Shown here: positions 1-14,795 of the stretch, one piece after another
How positions within the stretch are numbered: the first letter of the stretch is position 1
Layout of the letters: each line of letters opens with the position of its first letter
Source of the DNA: the human T2T-CHM13v2.0 reference genome, Homo sapiens
DNA: 64,000 nucleotides
NCBI RefSeq assembly: GCF_009914755.1
Contig: NC_060945.1
Direction: 5' to 3' (one strand)
The notes under the pieces: model-generated
Databases searched by the model: none
Seen by the model: the letters and a program-made list of their open reading frames with translations, nothing else
Told to the model about the DNA's origin: nothing
Made by a program: the position numbers and the translations under genes

Positions 1-868
<868 letters not shown>

Positions 869-2172
869 TGACCCCGTGACCCAGAGACACCCCCAGGCCT
901 GTGCCAAGCCCTGTGGTGAAGTGGGGCTCCCGGCCTCTGACCGGCCGGTCGGGTAAGTGGGGACCGAGTCCAGGCCCAGCCACACGCCTCGTGGCCCCAT
1001 GCAGAATGAAAGCTGGGGTCCTTGTTGAAAACGATGAACGATCCAAAGCTGGCGGCAGCAGGGTGTTGATCCCAGCAGGGTTCTCCTGTGGTAGCTGCAC
1101 ACCCGCTGGGACCAGGGGCTCAGGGCGGCCCTGCAGGTCAGCACCTTTAACAAAGGGTGCAGCAACCCACGCCTGTGAGACTCCACTTTGGAGCACGTGG
1201 TGGGAGTCCCCCAGCGGTGAACGCACGTGGCCGCCTCCACCTGAGTCTCCGGGAAGTCCCTCCAGTGGGCCTTCATTTCTTGGGGTTGGGGGGGTGGACA
1301 GATCCCTAAACCCATGTGGGGTCTGTGTCCAAAGCCCCTGCATTTCTGGGAACCTTTGGCTGGGAACAGCCACATGGGTGACCTCAGCTGGCACTGTCTC
1401 ACAAGTCCCTGAATTCTAGCATTCAAGCTGGCCTGCAGCTGGACGCCCCTGCCCTGGCGGGCCGCAGGGGACAGAAGGTTAATTATTGCCCAGACAAGGG
1501 CTGTTTGTTTGAAGTTGTTCTAAGTCCTGGTGTCTGGGGGTTCTGAAAGCTGACTTTTCACCTTTGGCAGGAACTTTTAACCCTCAGAGCTCAGGAGCCG
1601 CTAGGACGTTGACACCAAACTGGGCCTCTTTGTTTTCCTCTTGATCACAAACATGATTACCGGGAAAGAAGTCAGAGTCACCCCCTCCAGTGAGAGGCAA
1701 TTTGTTGTGTGAGTCCCCAGCCGTTTCTTGGTGGAATAAAGTGGCCCACAAGTGCCGTACATCTTTAACACTGTTAGGAAAAGCGGCTGAGTGCCGAGAG
1801 CTCGGTACGTGGGTGCACAGCTGTGCCCCGATGGTGCTAGGGAGAGCCGGGCCACCGCCCTGCGGTGAGGGCCTCCTCATCAGCGAAGTCCCGTGTGTAG
1901 GAAGAGGGGGTCTGGGTGTTTAATTTTGCATTTCTTGGACTGTGAAGATAGACTTTCATTTTGTCACTTGTTTATTGTCTGTTTGTATTTCTTCCTTTGT
2001 GACTGACCGGTTTATGTTCTTTGTGGTTTTCAATGGGCCCAACTCTCAGTGATTTATACAAACTCCTTATCTTTAAAAGAAACTTCTCTTTGGTTTTGCA
2101 TGCTGCAGATTTTATTTCTACCATGTCATTTGCCTTTTTACCTTGTCTTTTTTTTTTTTTTTTTTTTTTTGA

Positions 2173-2510
<338 letters not shown>

Positions 2511-2655
2511 GGGATTTGATGTGTTTATGTGGTTAAATCTGGCCTGGAGAAGACACCATGACTTACAACAGCCCAGTGAAACCTTGGAAGGTCAGAGAGC
2601 TGGAACAGGAGGGAGCTAGAGGGCCCTGGGTCTGGCCCTGGGCTGGGGCTGGGGC

Positions 2656-2938
2656 CCTGCTGGGCGTGGGTGGCGTGCAGCAGGCCGTGTGCTGCTGGGC
2701 GTGGGTGGCGCGCTACAGGCTTCGTGCTGCTGGGCCTGGGTGGCGTGCTACGGGCTTGTGCTGCTGGGTGTGGGTGGCGCGCTACGGGCCTTGTGCTGCT
2801 GGGCCTGGGTGGCGCGCTACGGGCCGTGTGCTGCTGGGCCTGGGTGGCGCACTACGGGCCTTGTGCTGCTGGGCGTGGGTGGCGTGCAGCAGGCCGTGTG
2901 CTGCTGGGCGTGGGTGGCGCGCTATGGGCCGTGTGCTG
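2656..2938. repeat. ~35-bp GC-rich minisatellite, ~8 copies
   Basis: Unit GCTGCTGGGC(G/C)TGGGTGGCGCGCTACGGGCC(G/T)TGT repeated. Confidence 0.9.
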
Positions 2939-3442
2939 AGGGCTGTGTTGGTTGATCTCTGTGTCAGGTCCCTGCAGGCCTCAGGTGTCAGGAACTTTCT
3001 CTTTGGGTCTTAGATGAGATTCCAGCTGGGGAGAGGAGAAGCATGCTTGTGTGGTAGAAAAGAAGACAGACTTGTTCAGCACAAGATTTTCTCAGACTTC
3101 TGAATTGAGATACTTGGGAAAGAAACATTCAAGTTGTGTGACTCATAATTTTTGGCAGAAACAAGCACAGAGCTTTGGGAGCAGGGAGGAAACCGAGGCT
3201 TCCTCCTCCTCAGCCTCTCCACAAGACTGCATCGACCCTGGCGCTGCCACAGATGGTGCCTGGGACCCCCGGCCGCAGCTGGGTCCAACAGAGCCCTCCG
3301 GAGCATTGGTTGTGTTCCTCGTCCTAAGAGTCCTTGGGCGTTGTTGGTCTTTTCAGGTTCACTTTCTTGAGTCAGGTTTGTCAGTGGTCGTCTCCCGGGA
3401 AATCATGCACCCCTCCCAGCTGCTGCCGTTGCCTTGAACGTC

Positions 3443-3504
3443 ATTTCCAGCTGTGTCCTGATTTCCAGCTGTGTCCTGATTTCCAGCTGTGTCCTGATTT
3501 CCAG
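3443..3504. repeat. 18-bp tandem repeat x3.4
   Basis: ATTTCCAGCTGTGTCCTG repeated. Confidence 0.9.
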
Positions 3505-3654
3505 GGCGCTGAGGCTGCAGCGTGTCGGGAAGCATTTTACATGCTCTTCCCTCACAGAATTCCTGTGAGCTCTGTTTCAGGTGTCTCCGGATTTCATAAC
3601 TTTCAGTCCGAAGTCCCTTAAATATTTACAATGGGCCTGTGGCTTTTGCACTAG

Positions 3655-4240
<586 letters not shown>

Positions 4241-5624
4241 GAAGCGCAGTTTTCTAGAATTCAACCCCAGCTCCTCCCTGGGCCTGACCTGGGGGCTCCT
4301 GAATGTGAAGGCTCAGCTGCTGGGCTGCTGCCCCACCCCCACGCAGTAGGTCCTGGTGGACGGTGGACCCTGGACCCCACGGTGCTGCCCCTGGCCGACC
4401 TGGGGGCACTGTAGGCAACGCCCTCCCCCGCAGTGTGACACTGAGAGCCGCTGGTGCGCTCTGTGAGGCTGAGAACCGCTGGTGCGTTTTGTGGGAAACC
4501 TGTGGGAAACCCAGGGGGCCCACAGGGTCCACACCCCCCCACGCATGAGCTCACACGCGTGCATACGTGATCTCATGTTTGCACACATGTGTCCATGCAG
4601 ATGCATGCTCTCACGCACATGTGCCCACACACTCAGCACTCACACCCCGTCCTGCAGGCTCAGCCCCACTCCTGAGCCACCTGCCTGGGCTTTGGGGGCC
4701 CAGCCGGCATGGGGAGCCCCAGGCTCCAGCTGGCCTCGCTTGGCTCTGAAATCTAGGCCAGGATGCAGAACCCGCAGTGCGGCCAGTGGAGCCCCTGGTA
4801 CTGTGCGCAGCCCCCACCTGGCAGCCCCTTTTCCTGTCAAAGCCCCTCCCAGCGTCCTCTCCCCACCAGGCAAGCTGCCCGCTTGAGGCTTAGGACGTTG
4901 CGCCCTCCTGTGTCCTTGCCCAGCATCCCCGGCCTGCATCTCACCAGGCACCGCCGGCCGCGCCAGGGCCCGAGAGGGCAGGGTCAGGCACCCTGGCACT
5001 CAGCCCAGGACTGAAGATGCCAGAGGGAGCGGTGGGTAGGTGGGTGAGTGAGTGAGATTGGGTCCGGACGGAATGGGCGCAGAGATCCAGGAAACTCCCC
5101 CACATCTGCGGCGTTTCTGTCCTTGGCTTCTGGGTTTTGTTTTTGATGAAAAGGTGAAGTTCAAAGAAAGCAAAGCCATGGTGCCACCTCGGTTGGTCCG
5201 AGTCGGGAGATGAGGCCGCCTGGTGCTTGCGTAAAGCTCCCGGGACTTGGGGTTGGGGGACTTGACCTGCAGCCCCTCGAATCTGCCCGCCCTCCCAGGC
5301 CTTGGATCGAGCCACACCTGCTGTGGTTCTAAACCCGTAGCCCTCAGGTGGCCCATCAGCTGCCTCAGATGAGCCAAGTCTGAGGGAGCAGCCTCCGCCC
5401 AGCCGGGTGCTTTCCACATGAAAGCGCCCAGGACGCCCCTGGGTCTCACCACTTCTTCCTACCATGAGGCATACCGCACCCCCAGGGAGGCTGCCCGAGA
5501 CCCCTTCCCTCTCCGAGACTCTCCTGCCCTTTGTGGGCCCCCCGAAATCTGGAGCTCAAGCAGCACCGGGGTTGCCACTGCCACCTCAGGACCGCTGGTG
5601 ACCCCTTTCTCTGTCTGCATTTAG

Positions 5625-5711
5625 GGGGTGATCGCTGAGCTGAAGGTGCGCAGGGACCCCCAGGTGAGCCCCATGCACTGCCTGGACGAGGAAGGCGATG
5701 ACTCAGATGGG
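5625..5711 (+). CDS. COL18A1: COL18A1 exon 4 (87 bp)
   Basis: TTTAG|[29 protein letters not shown]|GTGAGT. Confidence 0.96.
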
Positions 5712-5980
5712 GTGAGTGACATCTGGGGCACGGGTGGGGTCTCCCCTCAATCCCTGGCACGCGGAGTTCAGGGCCAAGGTCTATGACAGGAAAAGTCCCA
5801 AAATATACCACTTGGGGCACTGGGAAGCTGCGATACCATTTCTGTGCTCTCCTGTAGCACCTCAGAGCCCTTCCTTGCCCTGAACTTTCCCATAAAAACA
5901 AATACAAAGCATGATATAAACACCAGAAACCACCCTCCATGGCAGCTGGTGAGACAGAGGATGTGAGGCAGCTCAGCAAA

Positions 5981-6335
5981 GTGTGTGTGTGTGTGTCTGT
6001 GTCTGTGTGGTGTGTCTCTGTGTCTTGTGTGGTGTGTCTCTGTGGTGTGTCTGTCTTGTGTGTTGTGTGTGGATGTGTGTGTGTCTGTGTGGTGTGTCTG
6101 TCTTGTGTGTTGTGTGTGTTGTATGTGTGTCTCTGGTGTGTCTGTCTTGTGTGTCGTGTGTGTCTGTGGTGTGTCTCTGTGTGTAGTGTGTCTCTGTGTG
6201 TGGTGTGTCTCTGTGTGTGTGGTGTGTCTCTGTGGTGTGTCTGTCTTGTGTGTTGTGTCTGCATGTCTGCATGGTGCGTGTGTCTCTGTGTCTGTGTCTG
6301 TGTGTTGTGTGGCGTGTGTGTTGGTGGGGTGTGTG
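5981..6335. repeat. (TG)n-rich low-complexity tract
   Basis: Degenerate GTGT/GTCT repeats. Confidence 0.9.
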
Positions 6336-6438
6336 GAATCACGTGGTACCCAAGGGGAGAATCCCCCAGCCCCAGGTGTGAGGAACAGCAGGGACTTCTC
6401 ACTCAGGGGCCCAGATCACAACATGCCCCACGTGAACA

Positions 6439-6785
6439 TGGACCCACAGCCTCGCTCCTGGGGGCGTGGGCAGGAGACGCCGTGGACGTGGACCCACAGC
6501 CTCGCTCCTGGGGGCGTGGGCAGGAGACGCCGTGGACGTGGACCCACAGCCTCGCTCCTGGGGGCGTGGGCAGGAGACGCCGTGGACGTGGACCCACAGC
6601 CTCGCTCCTGGGGGCGTGGGCAGGAGACGCCGTGGACGTGGACCCACAGCCTCGCTCCTGGGGGCGTGGGCAGGAGACGCCGTGGACGTGGACCCACAGC
6701 CTCGCTCCTGGGGGCGTGGGCAGGAGACGCCGTGGACGTGGACCCACAGCCTCGCTCCTGGCGGCGTGGGCAGGAGACACCGTGG
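6439..6785. repeat. 50-bp VNTR, 7 near-identical copies
   Basis: GACCCACAGCCTCGCTCCTGGGGGCGTGGGCAGGAGACGCCGTGGACGTG starting at 6441, 6491 ... 6741. Confidence 0.97.
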
Positions 6786-7457
6786 CTGGACTGTGGGCAG
6801 TGTGTGAACATCCATGTTACTTTCATGCTTTTTCTTTATTTTGCCCAATAAGCCCGTTGTTTTTGCCTGGAACATGCCAGAAGACGCCAGATCGTTCACA
6901 TGGCGGCCATGACAAGGCTGCGCCCTGGGACAGCTTGCTGGGTGCGGGGGGTCGCCGAGGCGCCGCACCCCTCCCCTGGCCTGTCTTGCCCTCAGGGGTC
7001 AGTAGCGGTCCCTGAGGATGTTTCTCCTCCGGGTTTTCCTGAAGTTTAAAACATCCAGCCGCCTTGGCGCGTGTTCGGCCCAGCCGGGCGTGCGCTGGGG
7101 AAACCTGTGCGGGGAGCATCTGCGGTGCGGCCTCCTCCAGGGCAGGGCTCTGGCCAGAAGAGAGGAGCGCGTTCCCCCTCCCGCCTCCGCATGTCTGACC
7201 ACCGGCCGAGGCAGGTTCAGAAGCGTCACTGTCCTCGACCCGATTGGACACGACTTACTGAAGCTCAGATGGTGCCTGGGCAGGGAAGGCCAGCGTGCCC
7301 ACCCCAGCGGCCCCCCGGAGAGCACCAGAGAGGGCTGGACGAGGCGAGAGGGGGCCTGGAGGAGGCGAGAGCAGCGTCCTTTGCTTCCCAGGCCTGCCGG
7401 GCTCGGGGCCTGGCCTGGCTGCCATCTCTCCAGCCTTTCCCTTTTCAAACTCCTCAG

Positions 7458-7517
7458 GCATCCGGAGACTCTGGCAGCGGGCTCGGGGACGCCCGGGAGC
7501 TTCTCAGGGAGGAGACG
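7458..7517 (+). CDS. COL18A1: COL18A1 exon 5 (60 bp)
   Basis: CTCAG|ASGDSGSGLGDARELLREET|GTGAGT. Confidence 0.96.
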
Positions 7518-8330
7518 GTGAGTAGCCGGACGGGGCCCAGCCCACGCTGCAGGGTCCCGGGAGAGCCCCTCCCAGCAGTGGGGTGACACGTGCACACGCA
7601 GGTGTGGCTCCAAGAGCTCCCTCTATGCCACGAAGACATATTCCTGGCTGGGGACAGGGATGCTGGGCTGGGCAGACGCTCGGAGCCTGGGCACAGGCCC
7701 CGCTCCGGCCCTGCCTGGCCGCCGCGTGTCTCTGGTGAGAGGATATTCCTTTAAAACGAGGTCCTGCCCTGCACACTCCTTGGTCTTCGAGGCAACCTTG
7801 GCCTTCCCTTCGCCCCATCCCTCCGTTAGCTCGTGCGTGGCCATCAGGGAATGAACGCGTGTGTGAGCCTGACGACCAGGAGGAGAAGGCGGCGCAGGGA
7901 GCGCGCGGAAGGCTTTCCCCAGCTCGGGCCACCTGAGAAAACACAGGAGGGGCGGGGAGTGGGGAGGCCCCAGCCGCGGGACTGAGGCGCGGTGCTGTCC
8001 GTGAGAGACGGGTGCGGGAACGTGTTCCCTGCGGGGACCCTCTGCAGATTCACATCAGCTTCCCAGCATGGCCTGTCGGGCGCCGGGAGGCCTCTGTGGT
8101 GACGGCAGGCGCGGTCCTGGGTCCTGGGGAGCCGGGGAGCCCACAGGCGGCCACACCCCTGCGGCCCACGGAAGGAAGCCCCTCGCGCACGGCCCTGGAG
8201 CACCCTCCTGTTTCAGAGGATTTTTCTTTATCTTTCTTGCGATCTTAAGTATTTCATTTCACAAACCAAGCAAGTCTCCACCGGGCATCTGCCGGCCGAA
8301 TAACAGGCCACCTCCCCTCTCGTCCTCCAG

Positions 8331-8460
8331 GGCGCGGCCCTAAAACCCAGGCTCCCCGCGCCACCCCCCGTCACCACGCCACCCTTGGCTGGAGGCAGCA
8401 GCACGGAAGATTCCAGAAGTGAAGAAGTCGAGGAGCAGACCACGGTGGCTTCGTTAGGAG
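8331..8460 (+). CDS. COL18A1: COL18A1 exon 6 (130 bp)
   Basis: TCCAG|[43 protein letters not shown]+G|GTAAGC. Confidence 0.96.
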
Positions 8461-8477
8461 GTAAGCTCTTTTCTGGA

Positions 8478-8897
8478 TGTGGTGTGTGTGTGGTGTGGGG
8501 TGTGTGTGGTGTGTAACGTGTGTGTGTGTGATGGTGAGGTATGTGTGTGATGTAGGGTGTGTGTAGTGTGTGGTGTATATGGTACATGTGTGTGTGATAT
8601 GGCACGTGTTTGTGTGAAATATATGGCAGGTGTTTGATGTGTGGTGTGTGATGTGCATGTTTGTGACGTGTGATGTTTATGTGATGTGTATGTAGTGTGT
8701 ATGGTGCATGCATGTGGGCGTGTGTGTGTGCAGTGTGTGGTGTGTGTATTGTGTGTGGTGTGGTGTGTGTGTTGCGTGTAGTGTACGTGTGTGGTGTGCA
8801 GTGCATGTTGTGTTGTATGTGATGTGTAGTGTGCGTATTGTGTGTATGTGTGTGATGTGCATGTGTAATGTACATGTGTGTGATGTGTATTATGTGT

Positions 8898-8929
<32 letters not shown>
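8478..8929. repeat. (TG)n-rich tract just downstream of exon 6 donor
   Basis: Degenerate TG/TATG repeats ending in pure (TG)n. Confidence 0.9.
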
Positions 8930-9360
8930 GCAGGTGGGGAGATGCCGAGGCCCGGATGGTGGCTCTGGGTACAGGCTCTGGGTGTTCACTGTGCTTCTCT
9001 TGCAGGATTTCTGTTGGTTTTCATTTTTATTTTAAGTAAAAGTTAAGAGGGAAAAAGGAAAAGGGACAAAGCATGCTGGGTGATAAGAAGGCATTCTGGG
9101 GGGCCAGGGTCTCTTGTAACAAATTCAGGAAGCATCTCCCAGGTTTCAGCTGTCATCGGCTTAGATGGCCACACCGGCCTCACTGTTGATTTTAAATTCT
9201 GTCTCCCTGTTGCCTTTGCCTGGGAGCTGGAGCTCAGGGGAGTGCGGCCTGAGGCTGGGGATCTGACAGTGTCCAGCCGGGCTCCAGGACTGAAAGCGTT
9301 TGGGCTGCCGGGGCCGTCTGGGGTGCCGAGAGCAGAGCTGGGGCCACCCGGGGGGCGTGA

Positions 9361-9498
<138 letters not shown>

Positions 9499-9727
9499 TG
9501 AACCAGAGCACCTGTGGCCTTTTGGGCCACTCACTGGTGAGCCCTGATGAAGCCCCTCTGTGCCCGTGCCTCCTTTGTGCCCAGCACTCGGTGCCAGCAT
9601 GCGTCCACCCTGCGTGTCCACTGTGGGAAGCAGCCCAGCCTGGGACTCTGGAGGGCGCAGCGGGACACGTGGGCAGGGTGTGTGGGGCCCCACCCCAGCC
9701 CGAGCCCTGTGTTCTGTTTATTCCCAG

Positions 9728-9943
9728 GGCGGCCTGAAGGGGCAGAAAGGGGAGCCAGGTGTTCCGGGCCCACCTGGCCGGGCAGGCCCCCCAGGATCCC
9801 CATGCCTACCTGGTCCCCCGGGTCTCCCGTGCCCAGTGAGTCCCCTGGGTCCTGCAGGCCCAGCGTTGCAAACTGTCCCCGGACCACAAGGACCCCCAGG
9901 GCCTCCGGGGAGGGACGGCACCCCTGGAAGGGACGGCGAGCCG
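9728..9943 (+). CDS. COL18A1: COL18A1 exon 8 (216 bp), first Gly-X-Y segments
   Basis: [17 protein letters not shown]...[12 protein letters not shown]|GTGAGT. Confidence 0.97.
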
Positions 9944-10243
9944 GTGAGTCCTCACGTCCCCCCGAGTCCGGCCCGGTCTGGAGGGTGGGGGCTTGGGTAG
10001 GAGGGGGAGAGGCTGCGGCCGACATGGGAGTGAGCTGAGCTGGGATCGGGGCAGGTCAGCAGCCTCCTTAGGCCCACCGTTGCTCGGGGTTGGTGCTGGA
10101 AGGTGGTCAGACGTGGGAGGCGGAGCTGCTCAGACACAGCCCTTGTGGGTGTGAGGAGGCTCCTGGCGCGGGTGCGAGGACATCGGGGGAAGGCGTCTGC
10201 CGCCTCGTGGGGACTTGGAGCGTGGGGTGCATTTCCACGTAGA

Positions 10244-10304
10244 CACTGTAGGTGGCGCCGGAGGAGTCATTTCCCATCACTAATGGCTTCTCTTGCACAC
10301 CCAG
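10244..10304 (+). ncRNA. MIR6815: MIR6815 hairpin (5'-tailed mirtron type)
   Basis: TAGGTGGCGCCGGAGGAGTCATT (10249-10271) and TGGCTTCTCTTGCACACCCAG (10284-10304) are partly complementary and match my recollection of miR-6815-5p/3p; 3p arm ends at the intron AG. Confidence 0.85.
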
Positions 10305-10331
10305 GGCGACCCCGGTGAAGACGGAAAGCCG
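10305..10331 (+). CDS. COL18A1: COL18A1 exon 9 (27 bp)
   Basis: CCCAG|GDPGEDGKP|GTGAGT. Confidence 0.95.
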
Positions 10332-11049
10332 GTGAGTCTGCTTTTCTTTCTGACCCCTGTGTTATCTGTGATGTTTGCTTAGACCCCAGGGCTTTGTTGC
10401 CAGTGACACTCTTTTTAAACGCGACCCAGTGAGGAGACTGTACAGCAAAACCATTTTGAAAGTGGAATTTTGTAAAGAAAAGATGAGTGTAACTGTTGAT
10501 GGGAAATAGCAGTTATGCATTTGTGTTGAGACATTTGGGCCACAACTACCATGAAGAAGGAAAGGAAGTGAGAAAAGGCAGAGCTTCCAAACCCTTAGAG
10601 GGAAGACGCACAGCAAAGAAAAAGGAAGTCGGGCGGGGCAGGGGGTGGTGCAAGTCGGCGGGGGAGGGAAGCACGGGGCGACCTGAGACTCTGTGAAGTC
10701 CGAGCTTCGTCGCAAAACACGCAGTTCAGTCTTTAAAAATCAGCAAACACCGTTTCCAAGCACAGTAATGACGTGATCGACTGCGAATAAAGACCTGGGA
10801 ACAGCCTGCCCAGCAAATGGTAACACTCGGCAGAAAGTGGGGCCGTCACGAACGCTGGACAGGAGGGTTCAAGTTAAAAACAGTCTAGAAGGTCTGAAAG
10901 GACAGGGAGGGCATCTCATGGTGCCCACCGAACGGTCATTACCGACCGCCTGGCACCCCACAGCCAAGCTGCCTGCGATGAGGACCACGGCAGACAAAGG
11001 ACAGTCGGCTGGGGGGCGGCACGGGGCCCACCCACTGCAACAGGGTACA

Positions 11050-11600
11050 CGCACGCGTGTGTGTGAGTGTGGGGTGATGATCCACGGGGCCCACCCACAG
11101 GGCACACACACGTGTGTATGTATGTGCATGTTTGAGTGTGTGAATGTGTGACTGCGCGTGTGTGTGGGGGTGAGGATCCACATGTACACATACCACACAT
11201 GCACACACAGCACATATCACACACCACACATTACACACCACACGTGGACACATGCACACACATTACACACGTGTGCACACACCACACATTACACCACACG
11301 TGGATACACTTGCATACACACACTACACACACGTGTGTGCGCACACACCACAGGTGGACGCATGCACACATGCTACACGCACGTGCACACATCACACGTG
11401 GACACATGCACACACACCACACATTACACATACCACACGTGGATACACACATACACATACCACGTGTGCACACATGTGCACACCATGGATTATGCACACC
11501 ATACATGCACATTCACACATCACACATACATATCACACATGTACACACCACACTCCTCACACACACACCATGCATACCACACACACACACACGTATGTAA
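11050..11600. repeat. Short TG tract followed by (CA)n-rich tract
   Basis: CACACCACACATTACAC/CACGTG-type degenerate repeats. Confidence 0.88.
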
Positions 11601-11812
11601 CACCCAAGCACCAGCTGTTGTGGAGGCCTTCGGGGAACCTGCTGTGACCTCCCGAGGGATGCTGCCCGCAGCTTCCCCCAGGCGTGGCTGGCGAAATGGG
11701 CTCAGGCGGGAGACAGTCTGCTGGGCCTGGCGCCCTCCTACTTTCCGGGCCCCAGAGACTCCCCTGAAGGGCTCAGCTCCCGTCCGTCCCCTGCTTGGGG
11801 GAGGAGCACTGA

Positions 11813-12244
<432 letters not shown>

Positions 12245-12440
12245 TGAGCTGAGGGGTCACAGGTGTGGTGGGAACCCCCATCCACCTGCCTTCAGGCTTC
12301 TCTGGGGGCAGCAGAGGGGCCGTGGTTTCTCAGCTCCTTGTAGAAACAGCTCGATATGCAGCTTGCGGGGCAGGGGCCAGGAGTAGGCCAGGCGGGGGGC
12401 CGAGCTCAGGGCAACGTGTCTCTCCGGCTCTTTTCCTCAG

Positions 12441-12494
12441 ACCTTCATTGACATGGAGGGATCTGGCTTCGGGGGCGATCTGGAGGCCCTGCGG
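12441..12494 (+). CDS. COL18A1: COL18A1 exon 12 (54 bp), GAG-attachment motif
   Basis: CTCAG|TFIDMEGSGFGGDLEALR|GTGAGT. Confidence 0.96.
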
Positions 12495-12673
12495 GTGAGT
12501 GGCCCTTAAACTGCAGCGCTGCCCGATGTCTGTGCCCATGAGGAACAGGCCATGGACCCCCAAGATTCAGCTGGGGTCCTGTGGGGGGTGGGGATGAGGC
12601 CCGTTTTGGGGGTGGTGGTCATCCCTGGTGGGTGCCACATGGGCTGTGACTATCTGTGTTCGCCCACGTCCAG

Positions 12674-12832
12674 GGTCCTCGAGGCTTCCCTGGACCTCCC
12701 GGACCCCCCGGTGTCCCAGGCCTGCCCGGCGAGCCAGGCCGCTTTGGGGTGAACAGCTCCGACGTCCCAGGACCCGCCGGCCTTCCTGGTGTGCCTGGGC
12801 GCGAGGGTCCCCCCGGGTTTCCTGGCCTCCCG
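12674..12832 (+). CDS. COL18A1: COL18A1 exon 13 (159 bp)
   Basis: TCCAG|[10 protein letters not shown]...[12 protein letters not shown]|GTAAGT. Confidence 0.96.
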
Positions 12833-13867
12833 GTAAGTCCTGCCTCCACCGTCAGTGTCGGGAGCCCTGTCTGCTGGGAGTGAGGGGTGAACACCCCACA
12901 TGGGAGCCCCTGCCCTGCCTCAGGCCTCCCCAGTCCCCGCCTCCTCACCTCATCTCCTCTAGGAGCTGGCGGGCAGTTGCTGACTCGGGGCCGCCCTGGG
13001 GTGTGCGGAAGCACCTGAGTGGCCACCCCATGGTTCTAGGGGTGCTGACCAGTGGGGGTGACTGCAAGCAAGGCCTCCGACCTCTCTGGCCCTGTGGGTC
13101 CACGGACTGCACAGAGAGCGTCTCCATGAGCAATTCCCATGGGTGGGTGTGGGAGGGCCGAGGTCAGCATTGCTGGAGGGCCAGGGGAGGGAGGAGCCTG
13201 CTTGGCCAACGCGGCTCGTAGGGTCTCAGGTCCCCACGGCAGGCTCCCCACCAGCTCTGCCACACATGACGGGCAGCAGGTCATGACTGGCAGCAGGTGC
13301 CTGCCCCACCAGCTGTGCCACACATGATGGGCAGCAGGTCATGATGGGCAGCAGGTGCAGACGTGGCTGCTGTAATTGGGTCATGCTGCACTGGCATCCC
13401 GTGGCCTGGGGTCACTCGGTAGCATGCCATGACGTGCAGGGCAGGGAGTGTGGGGTTAGGTCACCCATGACATGCCCCTGCCTCCGTAACAGTCCCTACC
13501 TGAGCCAGCCAACCCTACCGATGGGCGTTCGCCGTCACCATCGGCTCTGAGGCCTCTCTGGGTGCCGCATGGCAAGTGCTCCCCAGGATCCATTCTGAGG
13601 GGAATTTGGGCTTAAAGAACATGCCTAATCCATATTCACGCATGTGGCCAGACTGCCTCTCAGAGGGAGCAGCGGCTACCCCAGCCCTGGTGTGCAAGCA
13701 TCTTCCCGCCGTGGTGCTGTCGGCTCTGCCATCTCATCCTGCCAATGTGGCCGCGAAACTGCGGGCTACGCAGGCTGTGGGGTCTCCCGTGAGCCCTGGG
13801 ACTCTGGCCCTGTGTCTGGGGAACGTTCTGTGTCCTGCCTTCTGGAAACCTGCGGAAGCCCAGATAA

Positions 13868-14023
<156 letters not shown>

Positions 14024-14768
14024 TGAGTGGGACCCAGCACCACACCATGTGGCCCGGGTCCGGGGGTGCCTGGTGACGCCCGTGAAGGGGAAATGCCAGG
14101 AATAGCCCCCCATCACAGCCCCACAGCCTGGGGCCTCGCGCTCTGGAGGTCACCCTGACCTGGGCGGCTGGGGCTTGGGTAGAAATTCATAACCCTGTGA
14201 TGATGAGTGGACTCACGGGTTTTAAGAACATGGGCACCCCGCGAGATCTGAGATCTTACTCCAAGCTTCCACGTTGGTTACGGGGCAGTGGCCATGAGCC
14301 TCTGTCGGACTGACGCAAGGAGCCGGGGCCCCGGGCGTTTGTGGGTGGACCTGGCGGGAGTCGCCTGCGTCTGGCCCCCTGGGGAGCGGTCTCCAGCATG
14401 ACCTCAGATGAGAGCTGCACTGCTTTGGACTGAGCAGGGAACGCGGGCTATAAATGCCCCTCACTGCTCTAAGCCTGTGGCTGAGCTGAAGGGCCCTTCT
14501 TGGGGAGGCATCCAGGCCCCAGGCCCCACGTGTAGCCAGGTCCAGCATTGGGACCAGGCTTGGCGTCCCTTGTGGCTTCCCTTTCAGGACCCCAACCACA
14601 CCAGAAAGGGGGGATGACAGCGGCAACAGCCTCAGAAACTATTAAACCGGCACAGGCAGCAAAGCAGGGACCCGGGTCGGGGCACAGTTCCTGGCAGGGC
14701 GATGTGCCTTCCTCTGTCCACTGTGCTGCAAGTCTGATTTTGTCATAATCCTGCTCTTTTCCGTACAG

Positions 14769-14795
14769 GGTGAAGCAGGCGCCCCAGGACATAAG
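14769..14795 (+). CDS. COL18A1: COL18A1 exon 15 (27 bp)
   Basis: TACAG|GEAGAPGHK|GTACAA (weak donor). Confidence 0.93.

Noticed and set aside
6439-6785. CRISPR-like arrays (also 31332-31905, 35985-36320, 58141-59022)
   Set aside because: Head-to-tail units with no unique spacers, no cas genes, human context
5939-7015. Cys/Val-rich and His/Thr-rich ORFs over TG/CA tracts (also 15637-16728, 63347-63992)
   Set aside because: Dinucleotide-repeat translation artefacts, not metallothionein or keratin-associated genes
13248-13356. Small local duplications (also 24915-25010 and 51148-51225)
   Set aside because: Two-copy imperfect duplications with no splice or regulatory signal I can support
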